DNA of 59,922 nt from a virus (Duplodnaviria > Heunggongvirae > Uroviricota > Caudoviricetes > Herelleviridae). Positions 9,843-22,119 of the stretch are shown here, piece after piece (the first letter of the stretch is position 1; each line of letters opens with the position of its first letter). Location: the IMG/VR virus record IMGVR_UViG_2974632988_000001, positions 1 to 59,922 of that record. One strand, 5' to 3'. Below the pieces are notes generated by a model, which was not told the DNA's origin, did no database searches, and was given only the letters and a program-made list of their open reading frames with translations. The translations under genes were made by a program, and so were the position numbers.

Positions 9843-10079
9843 ATGGCTGTTGGTGCTAAAACTGTCACAGCCTCTACTCATTTAGAATGCGAGGTGTGTG
9901 GCAATGTAACAATGCTGTGGAGAAAAAGAAGTAAAATGAAACAAAAGCAGCATTTAAAACATATGTACTGTCCTAAATGTAAAGAAACAACAGGACACTA
10001 TGAACTCCGCGATGATGCTGGAATCCCGGCATGGATTAAAGAGTTTCAAGATGAGCATTCAAAGAGAAGAGGAGATTAA
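9843..10079 (+). CDS. Zn-ribbon protein of ribosomal protein L33-like fold (start corrected from ORF track)
   Basis: GGAGGTG RBS before ATG 9843; own promoter at 9789; pattern LECEVCG-x21-YCPKCKETTGHYE. Confidence 0.7.
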   Translation: MAVGAKTVTASTHLECEVCGNVTMLWRKRSKMKQKQHLKHMYCPKCKETTGHYELRDDAGIPAWIKEFQDEHSKRRGD

Positions 10080-10085
10080 TACATA

Positions 10086-10979
10086 ATGAGTAACATAATT
10101 AATAACGTAGACCCACAATACATAGAGTTAGCAAAAAGAGTAAAAGAAACAGGTAATAAACGAGGTGACCGAACTGGAACGGGAACATTGTCAGTATTCG
10201 GTGGGGAGATGAGATTTAATTTGCAAGAAGGTTTCCCCATGTTGACAACTAAATTCGTTCCATTCCGTTTAGTAGCTTCGGAGTTTCTGTGGTTCGCTAA
10301 AGGATTAACAGACCTAAAATACTTGCTATTAAATGACAATCACATTTGGGATGATGACGCGTACCGATGGTATTTAGAAAATGGTGGCGAATTAAGTAAA
10401 GACGAGTTCCTTGCAAGAGCAAAGGCTGGGGGATTCGATTTAGGTAACATCTACGGAGCGCAATGGCGTAACTGGAACGGGGAAGGTATTGACCAGTTAA
10501 ATGATGTTATTCAAGAGATTAAGAGTAACCCAGAGTCTCGACGATTGTATATCTCAGCGTGGAATCCAAGTACATTCGGTAGCGTCGCGTTACCTCCGTG
10601 TCATGTAGCGTTCCAGTTTTATGTGAATGATGGTAAATTATCATGTAAGTTCATCATGCGCTCGTCAGACGTATTTTTAGGACTACCGTTCAATATCGCT
10701 AGTTATGCATTAGCTACACATGTAGTTGCGAAGATGTGCGACTTAGAAGTAGGAGAACTTATTTACAGTGGTGGCGATATACATTTATACTTAAACCACT
10801 TAAAGCAGATTGAGGAGCAGATGTCGCGAGAACCATTACCATTACCGGAGCTTCATATTCTTAAGAAACATGATAGAATTGAAGATTACGAGATGGACGA
10901 TTTCCTATTACTAGACTACAAACCGCACAAGGCAATCAAAGGAAAAGTATCTGTAGGTCTAAAGGAGGAAACTAAATGA
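10086..10979 (+). CDS. thyA: Thymidylate synthase (ThyA, type 1)
   Basis: DRTGTGT, FPMLTTK, LPPCH catalytic Cys, MRSSDVFLGLPFNIASY, DIHLYLNH. Confidence 0.97.
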   Translation: MSNIINNVDPQYIELAKRVKETGNKRGDRTGTGTLSVFGGEMRFNLQEGFPMLTTKFVPFRLVASEFLWFAKGLTDLKYLLLNDNHIWDDDAYRWYLENGGELSKDEFLARAKAGGFDLGNIYGAQWRNWNGEGIDQLNDVIQEIKSNPESRRLYISAWNPSTFGSVALPPCHVAFQFYVNDGKLSCKFIMRSSDVFLGLPFNIASYALATHVVAKMCDLEVGELIYSGGDIHLYLNHLKQIEEQMSREPLPLPELHILKKHDRIEDYEMDDFLLLDYKPHKAIKGKVSVGLKEETK

Positions 10980-11143
10980 CAGAATTTGAGCGAGAGATTT
11001 TAAGTATGCATGCATGGTTAATGCGCCGGACAGAGACAGATGAGAAGGGAAATAAGAAAACAAACCCTAAACATGTGTCAATGTTCTTGAAAGATTTTCA
11101 TAAAACGGTAGAAAAATACGAAAAGGGGATTGTGAATGATTAA
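10976..11143 (+). CDS. Small hypothetical protein (55 aa, not in ORF track)
   Basis: AAGGAGG RBS; start overlaps the thyA stop and the end overlaps the kinase start. Confidence 0.6.
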   Translation: MTEFEREILSMHAWLMRRTETDEKGNKKTNPKHVSMFLKDFHKTVEKYEKGIVND

Positions 11144-11726
11144 ACTGGCACTAGCTGGAGGGTTACGTGTCGGGAAAACGGAAGCGGAGAATTATTTGGT
11201 GGACAAGTTCGACTGTTCACCCTTCGACTTCTCTGATTCATTGAAAGATGATTTCCACCATACTTACCCACATGTACCACGAGAACCTAAACCGAGAAAA
11301 GGGTATCAGATGTACGGACAACTTATGAGATACGTATATGGAGAAGACCTGTGGATTGACAAGTGCTTCAAATTGGTTAAGTACTCACAGCACAGAGTGA
11401 AGTGGACGAGTATTGTTAACAGACACGAAAAGTTGTTTATACCGCTTATCACTGGAGTACGACAGCCTAACGAGTTCCAAAGGCTAAGAGAGGAAGGATA
11501 CATTATCATTCGTGTATCAGCGCCTAAGGAGCTTCAAATTAAACGTTCATTAGAAGCTGGTGATGACTTCAAGGAAGAGGACTTATTACATGAAACGGAA
11601 GTTACTCTTATGAATGAAGAAGTACATTACGATATTGTGAATGACGGTACAATCGAAGATTTACATAGAAAAATAGATGCAGTTATGCTAGACATATACG
11701 CAAAAACATACAAGGGGGAAAATTAA
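11136..11726 (+). CDS. Deoxynucleoside monophosphate kinase
   Basis: N-terminal LAGGLRVGKT P-loop, GVRQPNE, IIIRV, HETE, IVNDGT motifs typical of phage dNMP kinases; next to thyA. Confidence 0.8.
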   Translation: MIKLALAGGLRVGKTEAENYLVDKFDCSPFDFSDSLKDDFHHTYPHVPREPKPRKGYQMYGQLMRYVYGEDLWIDKCFKLVKYSQHRVKWTSIVNRHEKLFIPLITGVRQPNEFQRLREEGYIIIRVSAPKELQIKRSLEAGDDFKEEDLLHETEVTLMNEEVHYDIVNDGTIEDLHRKIDAVMLDIYAKTYKGEN

Positions 11727-12578
11727 ATGAAATTATTATTAGTTTATGGTGATGGAGACGGAGCAGCAAGATACTTTATGGAGAACTACAACCCAAAATC
11801 AGTGTATAATGAGATGATAAATAAAGGTGTTACTAAAATCGACAAAGTGGATGAATACGACGAAGATGGTATCCACATTGAATTACATGAGTTCGGCAAT
11901 GTAGATAGAAATTTCATTAACTTTTTATATGAAAAGTATATTGTAGATTTAGACCATACAGAAAATACAGACTTTATCATCGTGGAGGACTAATATGAAA
12001 GTAGATATCTTTTTACGAAATAATTGTTGCTTAACTGTTGCGGTACAGCATACTACTATAGAGTCGTTTGCAGAGTCTATAGCATCTACACAGGTAAAGG
12101 GATTCACTTGTTATAAAGGTATGTCACTATGTGGTGACTTTATTGAAATTGATGACGCATATATTCGTTACGACGATATTGTACACTTTAGAGAATCGAG
12201 GGAACAATAATGAATAAACATGAAGTATTCCATGCGATTATCGATTTCGAGCATGAAGTAGGCGAGAGTTTCTTTGACAGATTCGACTCATATGTGAACG
12301 CAGTTAGTTTTATGTTCTGGGCTAGAGGGAAGAACTACATCAATGTAGAACAGTTCAATGAGTGGGAACACGCGTATGAGAATGGCGAATTAGAAGCAGA
12401 TTGTCTGAACTACTACATATATACTGATGACGAGGATATTACATTTGCTGTAGTAATTGATGAGGAAATGGAAGAAGAAACGTACCATGCAGCACTTAGA
12501 ATCTTCTCGGAGTTTATTGCAGAAAGCTCAGTATACACGAATCGATTCGAAGGATTTATTATTTCTGGAGACTACTAA
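11727..12578 (+). other. Three small hypothetical CDS (11727-11993, 11995-12210, 12210-12578)
   Basis: Tightly packed ORFs with RBSs; terminator AGACTACT/AGTAGTCT near 12569-12595. Confidence 0.65.
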
Positions 12579-12652
12579 AAAAGTAGTCTTTTTTTATTGA
12601 CTTTTCGAAAATATGCTAGTATTATAAAATTATTGAAAGGAGAGATGAAAGA

Positions 12653-13153
12653 TTGATTATATCGCTAATAGCTGCACATGGTAAGAATAGAGAGATTGGT
12701 AAAGACAATCAGATGCTATGGCACAGCAAAGAAGATTTTAACTGGTTTAAAGAAAAGACGATGGGTAAGCCTGTGATTATGGGTAGTAAGACGCATTTGT
12801 CCATTGGTAAGTTCCTACCGGGTAGGGTTAACATTGTGCTTACTAGAAACAAAGATTTCAAGCCGCTACACGAAGATGTACGCATATATCATAATATCCA
12901 CGAAGTATTAAACGACTTCAAGGACGAGAAAGAGCTAATGGTAATCGGTGGAGATTCTATTTACAAACAGTTTATGCCGATGGCTAACAGATTATACATA
13001 ACGGAAATCGACAAAGAGTATGATGCGGATTCCTTTTTCCCGGAGTTCGACAAAAATATTTATAAGCGTTTCTATAAGCGAACAGCAACGAAAGCTGGTA
13101 TAGAAGAGATGGGTGCTAACTTCCGTTTTAGAGTGTACAAAAAAGTAGATTAA
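12653..13153 (+). CDS. dfrA: Dihydrofolate reductase
   Basis: IAAHGKNREIG, MLWH..EDFNWFK, VIMGSKT, LPGRVNIVLTR, VIGGDSIY, DSFFP; TTG start with AAAGGAG RBS. Confidence 0.95.
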   Translation: MIISLIAAHGKNREIGKDNQMLWHSKEDFNWFKEKTMGKPVIMGSKTHLSIGKFLPGRVNIVLTRNKDFKPLHEDVRIYHNIHEVLNDFKDEKELMVIGGDSIYKQFMPMANRLYITEIDKEYDADSFFPEFDKNIYKRFYKRTATKAGIEEMGANFRFRVYKKVD

Positions 13154-13222
13154 AATTTTTAAAGAAAGTTGTTTACTTTTAGTAAATAATGTAGTAATAT
13201 TAAATCAAGGAGGAGATAACAA

Positions 13223-16200
13223 ATGAAAATTTATGTAGGAGAAAAGTACAAGCTTACGTCAGACCCTATGAACGTCATCATCAATGAGAAGTACGAGAAA
13301 AAGAACAAGAAAAATGAGGTTGTAGGTCACGATTATAAAGTGGTCGGATACTACGCTAACGTTTCAAAAGCTTTAGTTGCATTATTACATAAGGACTTAC
13401 GAGAAAGTGAAGCTAAAAGTGTAGAAGATTTACTAGAAGCGATTGACAACGCTGTAGAGAAGATTTTAAATAGGGAGGGGGAGTTATAATGGTTACAAGA
13501 AATTTTACTCGGTTTAAAAGAATCGTAAAGTTAGATAAAGTATCACAGACATGCTTTGCTTGCCCTACACAGTACGAAGGTAAGACAACATATGGTGAGT
13601 ATTTCTATTGCAGATACAGATACGGATGGATGAGTATCGAATTGGATGGTGAGGAATTAGTAGAAGTTAAATTCGGAGATGAATGGAGTGGTTGTTGTTC
13701 TTGGAGTGATTTCGTTGAGCAAGCAGCGCTACGCGGTGTTATCATAGATGATTCCGCAACTGAATTTTTAGATGATGAGGAGGGAATATGGAATGACTAA
13801 AATTACTTTCGAACTTACGGACAAGCAGGTAGAATTGTTAAAAGAGTTTAATAGCAAGCATTATGATGGTGCAGAAGATAATCGTTACACATGTGATGCT
13901 ATACATGTCGTACAGAGAGAGCGAAAAGGCTTTATCCCCTTTGTGGACGAGCTATTAGACTACTACGATGGTGAAGATATGCGATACACATGGGATGATG
14001 ACTATGAAGTGTGGTATGAGAAGCCGGAGGAACTAGTAGAGGATTACTACGATGGTAATGGAGAAGATTGCCCTATCGAAATTAAACCATATGAAGAAGT
14101 AGAATACAGTTTAATCACAGACGTATATGGCGAAGAGGTTTATATTCATGATGAAGAAGCATACATTAAAGCTCATGGAATTAGTAACGTACATATTGCT
14201 TTCGAAACAAAAGAATGGGAAGATGTAGCGTTCTTCTTTATCCTAGACAAAGCAAAAGCATACCGACAGTATCAGGCACATAATCTAGGCAAGTCCCGTA
14301 TTTTCACATACTCTATGGGGTACGACAATCGAGGAGATTTACCAGTATTTAGAGATATGCTGCTTGCTATGGGTAAACAATTGAATGGGGAGGAAGGAAA
14401 ATGAGCCACAGACCTTTTATTGACTTTGAAGTAGGACAAAGAGTTGTAACTACAGAGAAAATTGTTAATGGGTTAATCGAAGTTGAACCACTAACCGAAG
14501 GGGTTATCGTGTACCATTCGAATCAAGTGGAGGCTACAGTTTGGTTCCGTTCGTTAAGCCCTAAGGCAGAGAGCGCTATAAACAAAGAATTAAAAACAAA
14601 CCGTTATTTTGGATTTAACGGGCAAGTAGATGGTATTACTTTACGGGTTAGTAGACAATCATTAGCTCATAAACTTTGTTGGGGTAGTGATATGTACTAT
14701 ATCGCGGTAGACAAACGAGCGCTAGTAGATTTACCTCTATTCAACGGATTAGGACTTCCGGAAATAGATACACGATGGTACAACGGTAGTGAGAAATATA
14801 AAGCACATGTTGTGCGGGATATTATCACAGTAATTGATGATAAATTTGTTGGCTGGGTGGAAAAGGAGCTAGAGTTAAGACCTATTTCACCAGAAGAGCG
14901 CGAAGATGAAGACTACCCGGATGATTGGACTTTCGTATACACAGATGAGTCGATGGACAAGTACTACGAAAAGAAAGACGAGATTGAGTTGGCGTTTTCA
15001 AAAGCAACAGGATTATATATAGAATTTACAGGAGGTATGATTTTCAATGACTAATTATAATGAAGATACAGTCGTAGTGTTTCACTATAGCATCGGGTAT
15101 GCAGGGGCAAATAGGAAAGAAGAGTTCACCTTAGGGGAGTTAGGATACGACCCAGAATGGGATGGAGATTCCAGAGAAGAGATAGATGAGTTTTTAGAAG
15201 CTGCTCATGAAACTTGGTCACAACAATTTGTGGATTACGGATGGCATATTGAATAAAAAGTAGAAAAAGGTTGTTTACTTAAAGTGAATACTATGATAGA
15301 ATTAGATTCATAGAGGAGGTGATAAGTTGAAAGAAAATCAGTGTAATACATGCGAAGATGATATAGCTTACAACGGTAAGGAATGGGTTTTAGTAGTAGA
15401 GACATCAACTTGGAGCGATTATGATGACTGGTGGGTAGAAGAACACATACCAATAAACTATTGTCCAGAGTGTGGGAAACATTACATAGAAGACGAAAAA
15501 TAAAATAATAGAAAGAGGTACATAACAATGGAACTTAAAAAAGTGAGAGATTTATTAAAAGACGTAGTAACAGCAGGTAAAATGACAAAAGCAGCGAAAG
15601 AGCGCTTACAAGAAGCTTTTAAACTAGTAGATGATGAAGTGAATGCTACAGATGGTAAAGTATGGTTAGAAGAAGAAGGGATTACACTAGGGTACCCTTC
15701 GACAGAAGAAGTAATCGCTAACATGGAAATTATGAGCAAGGTTTTAATCGATTACCCTAAAGCACATAATCAAGCATACGACGATGTAGGTCGCTTAGAT
15801 AAAGCACGTCAAGACTTATATCATGGTGCAGAGTTCTTAGACGAGTTAACATCAGAAGAGAAAGCAGATAACTGGGACAAACTAGGATTAATTGCAAAAG
15901 AGCGTCGTGGAGCTAAGAACTTCGAAGAAGCTACACAACCATTTAAGCTTATGCTAGTAAAATACAAAGACTTACAAAAAGATTTCAAGAAATGTATTGA
16001 ACAAACGAAACAAGTTAAAAACAAGCAAGAAAGTCGCTGCTACCGACCAAAACAACTTACTTCCATGACAGAAGCGTTTAACGAGGCGGCACCAGTAAAA
16101 GAAAACGGACAAATTATTACTAAGGAGGCTAAATAACTATGAAACATGTAATCAGATATTCATCAATCGCTTTTGGAGCTTTGTGTTTAAGTGCAGCTTG

Positions 16201-17877
16201 GAAAATCTCTACAGGTGGTACAATTAGCGACGGACAGTTAATTACACTACTTATCGGTTCGGCTGTAGCTGTAAATATCGCTGGAGTAGCATTAAACACT
16301 TTAAGAGAAATAGGATACTTCAAGAAATGATGGGATTAAATCCTTTAAAAGATTGGTATAAACCTAGTGGGTATGTAAAATGGTACTACTACCAAATAGG
16401 GCTAATCTTGTTCGGTACCATACTAGGGATTGCTTGGATTTTCATAACAATAGTGGACTTCATATCTAGTTTATTCAGCAGGAGATAATACATAACTTAC
16501 AATTAAATAAGTTTGTACTAAGAGTATATACAAGGGGGAAGCAAATTATGCAATTTGGAGAAAAGTTTTTTGGTAAATTGAAAGAATTTATTTTAGGGGA
16601 GTCACCAGATAATATGGCAACACTTATCCGGCACTATGAAAATATGGTGGAATACGCGGATGTCCTTACTACTCTTTTAGTAGATGTAGAGGAGTATGGT
16701 ATCGACATCTGCTACGATAAGGATAGAACAGGTGGGTATACAGACGGAACGATTCAAGTATTTATCCACGATACAAACCGCCGTTACGATATTAGATTGT
16801 TATCTGATGACAGAATGTGGGGTTACTGTGAATGCGAACCGGGGGATGAAGGTTACAACCCGGTTAAACGATGCTGTGGAAACGGTTGCGACTGGATTGC
16901 TCCTGCGTTCGAAGCGGAGGTTGTTACGAGTCTAGGTGTCTACAAATATCAAGGTAATCAGCGTGATATGTGGAAAGCAGAAAAGAAATGGGACGAACAT
17001 ACTAAGGCTCACCGCATCAAAACATACGAGAAGAAGTTAAGAGAGTCGGAAGAGTATGCGGATTATTACGCAAGACAAGCTGTAGCTTGGGAAGAAGAAA
17101 TAGCTAATCTTAAGGAGGAAGCATAATGAGAACAGATGCATTAGTAATGACGATAATAAACGAGAACCATAAAGCGCTTAAAAAGGAGTTAGGGGAAGTT
17201 ATTTCGCAAAGCGAATCTGATATCTGGGAAAAGAATAAAAACCTACGCGCCCAAGTTAATCAGTTGCAGCAGCGAATCCGATTCATGGAGGAAGAGAAAG
17301 AAAGAGAATCGCAGGAAGAGAAAATTACACATGAGTACGAGCATTCTATGGAAGAGCTAATCAATAATTTATCTAAGACCAACAAAGAGCTAGATGACTT
17401 GAAATACTACTATCATCATATGGTGCTAGAGTTTATCGAAGAAGTTAAGAAAACCACTGGAGATGATGCTATAGCAGAATCATATGTAAAAAACTTATGG
17501 TATAAACATGCAATGAAAAGAAAGGGGCAAGCATAATGGATGGACTAATTATTAACGGGAGAGAAGTGTATCAGGCTAAGTCACGAAGCACCGCTTTAGG
17601 TGAGTTAGTAGAAATGTTTATTAATAATAATATAGAACGGTTATCTCCAGTTATGTATGAGGAGCTGGAGGAATTAGCTAAATCAATTGAAGAGGAGGCA
17701 ACAGAACTAGATAATCAGTATGATGACCTCGAATCTAGCGCTAGAGAGCTGGAAGAGTCATATGACGAACTATGCGGTGAAGTTAGTGATTTGGAAGAAC
17801 AAGTGAGAGATTTGGAAGAGGAAAACGAACAATTGAAGCAAACAATCGAATCGTATTTAGGAGAGGGAGAATTTTAA
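13223..17877 (+). other. Run of ~10 hypothetical CDS (13223, 13489, 13772, 14401, 15047, 15528, 16139, 16548, 17126, 17536)
   Basis: Overlapping start/stop codons with GGAGG-type RBSs. 13489 has TCFACPTQYEG; 16548 has CECEPG..CCGNGC; 15528, 17126 and 17536 are coiled-coil-like. Confidence 0.7.
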
Positions 17878-17992
17878 TGACTAGTGACGAGATTCGAGAT
17901 AAAATAGACATGTATTTCGATAGAATTGATGAGGCTAATGTAGAAATAGATAGACTTTTAGAAAAGTTAGAAGAGATGGGAGAAGAATACTA

Positions 17993-18262
17993 ATGACTAG
18001 ACATGTACGATACAAACAACTAAACAAAGCAACGATTAAACAAGCGACAATTAACAGCATTATGTTACGAACACCTTCCATAGAAGAAAACAGACAGGTG
18101 TACAAGGCTATGGGAATCCTAGATGAAGGGTTCCTTTGGTTCTCACCGCGTAGATGGCACCAAGTTAAAATGACTAATTTAATCTATCTTACAGGTAAGG
18201 AATCGTTTGATGCTATGAAAGCTAGAATATTTCAAATTATTGATGTAAGAACATGGAAGTAG
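17993..18262 (+). CDS. TRH-family paralogue 1
   Basis: MTRHVRYKQ ... GILDEGFLW. Confidence 0.7.
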   Translation: MTRHVRYKQLNKATIKQATINSIMLRTPSIEENRQVYKAMGILDEGFLWFSPRRWHQVKMTNLIYLTGKESFDAMKARIFQIIDVRTWK

Positions 18263-18584
18263 GGATTGATTATGTTCAGCTTGTTTAAAATACTACGATG
18301 TGACCACGACTTTCATTATGTATCAACAGAAATGGTACCAGATACATCCGGTGTTGTATACTCTTATACAGAGAAGATTCATATTTATTGCCCTAAATGT
18401 AAAAGGAAGAAGACGGTACGCTCGTGGGAGTGGACGAGAATAGAAGCTAGACAACAGATTGATATAGCCTACAGACAAAACAACAAAGGAGAGTAGAAAA
18501 TGCTCTCTTTTTCTTAAAAAAACTTGTTGACTTTAAGTAAAAGGTAGTGTAATATAAAGGTATAACAAAGAGGAGGTAATACAG

Positions 18585-19647
18585 ATGGACGAGCTAAAAG
18601 AAGTTACGAAAAAAGTCGTTTACGAGCGGATAGATGATTTACTTAAAGATGTAGCTATTAGAGTAGGGGAATTTGCAAGTTTGAAAGGGCATGACATGTA
18701 TCAGATAGGTAAGAAGGAAACAGTACTGAAACGTATATCTATACATAAACGTATCATCGAAAAGCTAAATGAGCTATTGTACGACCTTAATCAGACTGGT
18801 AGTGATTTAGAAGTTAATCAACTTCTGGACTTCATTATACGAGATAGAACACGGATGCGCGACCACATTGAGAAAGCCGCCGTAGTAAGCTCATTGTTGT
18901 ACGAAGATTACATGGACTATACATTTCACAATAGGATAATTAGTGAAGTGAACTATATAAAAATAACAGTTAGAAAAACAATAGAAGGAGAATGGTAAAA
19001 TGACAACACTTAAAAACAAACAAACAATAGACGCTTTAATGGATGGGGAAATTGTTTTCGAAACAACAACACCGAACGTACTGTTTAAGATGGAAGAAGG
19101 ACAACTAAAGTTAATGAATAAGTTGGGAAAGACAGGATGGCATACATACCACGCTGCATTTAATTGGTTACTAGAAAAAGAGTTTTCTTTATATAAGTTC
19201 ATCCCGGAAGTAGGTCAATGGGTAGCAGCTACAGAGAATGGTAAAACGTATAAAGGGAAGATAACGAGCATCGATGACGGTTATAGAGTTTCTGCTCACT
19301 GGGATAATGACGAATACGCAAGCTGGATACATTTAGAAAAAGCTTCGTTTGTACAACTAGCAGATGAAGAAGTTCGCTCACATAAAATAGAGTTAGCATT
19401 CAATAAAGTAGGGAGAAAACAAGAGTATGTTGCAGGAGACATTGTAAAATACGGTAAGCGTTTAGCAGAGGTTGTAGGTGAGTATAAGAGAGATTGTTAC
19501 GGAAGCAAGTATCAAATGTTGTTAATCAGATTTGTTGTCGATGACAGAGACGGAAATGAACAAGAGATGCAACGAGAAGTAGAAGATTCCGAAGTTACAC
19601 CTATATGTTTAAGAGAACATGTGATTAACTTAGAGGAGAGAATGTAA
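18585..19647 (+). other. Two hypothetical CDS (18585-18998, 19000-19647) behind the promoter at 18527
   Basis: GAGGAGG RBS; the second protein has beta-rich SH3-like stretches. Confidence 0.7.
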
Positions 19648-19907
19648 TGACAAGACACACACGTAACCGACAAATGGACAAGCTTACTAAGAGTGGGAAT
19701 AATTGGAAAGGTATGACAAACCTTCCTATCGAAAGAATGGTACGCACCGAGAAAGAAGTAGGAGATTTAGATGCAACTTTTAAATGGCACCGTAATTTCG
19801 AAGGTTGGGGATGGCTAACTAAAAAAGATACGTTTAACGTGGTAGAGTTCGGTGGAAATGAAGATACATACGGTACATGGTTCCCAGTTAAAACGAAAGG
19901 GTGGTAA
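19647..19907 (+). CDS. TRH-family paralogue 2
   Basis: MTRHTRNRQ ... GDLDATFKW. Confidence 0.75.
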   Translation: MTRHTRNRQMDKLTKSGNNWKGMTNLPIERMVRTEKEVGDLDATFKWHRNFEGWGWLTKKDTFNVVEFGGNEDTYGTWFPVKTKGW

Positions 19908-19910
19908 GTA

Positions 19911-21526
19911 ATGGCTCAACAAGTAAAAGAGATTGCAAACTTAATGGAAGAGAGAATCGAATACTACATAGGTGTTATTGGAAAATCGAAGTGGAAACTA
20001 GAAGCTAACTATTTAAAACGAGAAGTTGTATACAAAGAGATTGTACAAGCAGAAGCCGTATTAGAAATATTAAACTACTTATACAATACAAGTATTAACA
20101 TCGTCTTCGACATCGAGGATGAGATAGAACTTAAAGAGAAGAAGCAGAAAGCAATAGAAAATAACTTCACAGAAGACCAGCACACCGCTTTCGAATACTT
20201 AACATACATTAGGTATGAAGCGCAGTTGGACGAGCTGTACCGACTCCGTAGCCGTATTAAAAGCCTATATGACTTCGATTTGTAATAGAAATGACCAACA
20301 AAGGAGAGAAATTTATGAATAGCCTGTTTACAGTAGAAAAAGCACATACATTAACACTAGCACTACATGAGCTGTATCACGCAGACATTATCACATCGGA
20401 ACAACTAGGAGACTACATCGACAGAATAGATGAGAGAACGGAGGAGGAATAAAACGTGGATGTCGAGCAATGTTGGGATTGCGGTGGTCTAGTAAGTAGT
20501 GGTATAATATGGGATGACAAGGTGATATGCTTCCCTTGTATCTATGCCGAGGATGAAAGGAGGGAACAAGATGGGGAATCTAATCGAGAAGTCGGCACGG
20601 ATATGTGACGAAACAGATACATACCATGAGACTTTCGTAGATATAGACTTATATTCCACGGGATTAGTAGAAATAAGTATTGTGAAAGAAGGTAAGTTAG
20701 TAGGAGTTGTCAACGTGCCGAAGGAAGAGTTCTATAAAGAACTGCGAATTAGCGGCATCATAGAAGAGGGGTAATAAGATGCATACATTAATAGAATGTG
20801 TACTAGAGCTTATAGGGTGCATACTAGACCTCTTGTATGCTCGTGATAGGTATAAAGAGGACAAGGAGGGAAAGAAGAAACGTGGACGTTAAAGAGCTTA
20901 TTAAGAGGTTAGATAGAAAGTGCGAGAGACAAGATGGATTACTTGAGTACTATAAAGATATTGACAACTCGACACTTACAGAGCGTGAAGAGAGAATACT
21001 ATATAAAGGCATGCATGCAGGTAGCGCTAGTGCGTATAGTATGGCGATTATGATAATAGAAGGGATGATTGAGAATGATAGAACTAGATGATTTAGTTTC
21101 GTTCACTGTAAATGAGGATGGGTTCACCTTCTGGTATGCAGGTATTGTAATTTTAGCGGATGTACCATTTGAACGATTAAAAGAGGATAAGGAACTATCT
21201 TATCAGGTATTAGAAGCGATACATGCGATTATGTTGCGAGAAAAGGGGTATGAGTGATGGAACTACGTTGTGGATGCTGTAATAAAGATATACGTGAGCG
21301 GGATATTTACATGGCTTTTAGATACGATGCGCTGTGTAAGAGCTGCTACGAAGATAAAACAGCTAAACTAAGCTTACAACGAGGTATAATTGAAGACTTG
21401 AGGAAAGATATTAAACGCCGCGAAGATATGATTGCAAGTCTATTTAAAGACGGTTCTGGAGATTACAATCGCTTATTTAATCAACGTTATACAAGTGATT
21501 CGAGTTTGGAGAAGTACTGGGTATGA
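19911..21526 (+). other. Run of small hypothetical CDS (19911, ~20315, 20544, 20837, 21069, 21254)
   Basis: Packed ORFs with RBSs; 21254 has CGCC..C..C Zn ligands. Several starts are uncertain. Confidence 0.55.
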
Positions 21527-21864
21527 CGAGACATACAAGAAGTAAACAACTAATTAAACTAGCAATGATGCAGGGCGAGGATGTTAATTTTGCAAAGTGG
21601 AACTATTCACCGGGACATAATCTACCGATTGAATACTCGTATAAACTGCAAGGAGTTCTAGATGAGTCATTTAGGTGGAAAAGACTACCTAGCTTACGCA
21701 TTGGGAATTATCATCATAAGATTAACCACCGACATAAATTAAAAAGACCAAGAGGAACAAAAGGTTTATTCATGATGGAGGCTAAACTAACTTTGTTCGA
21801 AAAACTGAGTAATTCTGTTGAATTTAAAAATGGTCATGGAGTATTTCAAATTAGAGCTAAATAG
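21523..21864 (+). CDS. TRH-family paralogue 3
   Basis: MTRHTRSKQ ... GVLDESFRW. Confidence 0.75.
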   Translation: MTRHTRSKQLIKLAMMQGEDVNFAKWNYSPGHNLPIEYSYKLQGVLDESFRWKRLPSLRIGNYHHKINHRHKLKRPRGTKGLFMMEAKLTLFEKLSNSVEFKNGHGVFQIRAK

Positions 21865-21873
21865 GGGGATATT

Positions 21874-22119
21874 ATGACTAGACATACACGTAACAGACAG
21901 ATGAAAAAGTTATGTAAGGATAGAAGCTTGCACGGGATGTATTTTAAAGGTTCTAATACAGACATAAAAGGAAATATTGAGGTGTATACGGAGTTCGGAG
22001 ATATAGACCCGACGTTCGAATGGCGTAGGATTGAGACATATCCTAATACGTTTGTTAATTACATATCGTACAGTAAATACGGTTATAGGATTCTAAAGAT
22101 AGTAAAGGGGAGACGATAA
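21874..22119 (+). CDS. TRH-family paralogue 4
   Basis: MTRHTRNRQ ... GDIDPTFEW. Confidence 0.75.
   Translation: MTRHTRNRQMKKLCKDRSLHGMYFKGSNTDIKGNIEVYTEFGDIDPTFEWRRIETYPNTFVNYISYSKYGYRILKIVKGRR

Noticed and set aside
19000-19647. Tad2/DUF2829-like anti-Thoeris sponge
   Set aside because: Only a vague N-terminal resemblance (TIDALMDGEIV); the conserved W-N-G-type motifs are not recognisable.
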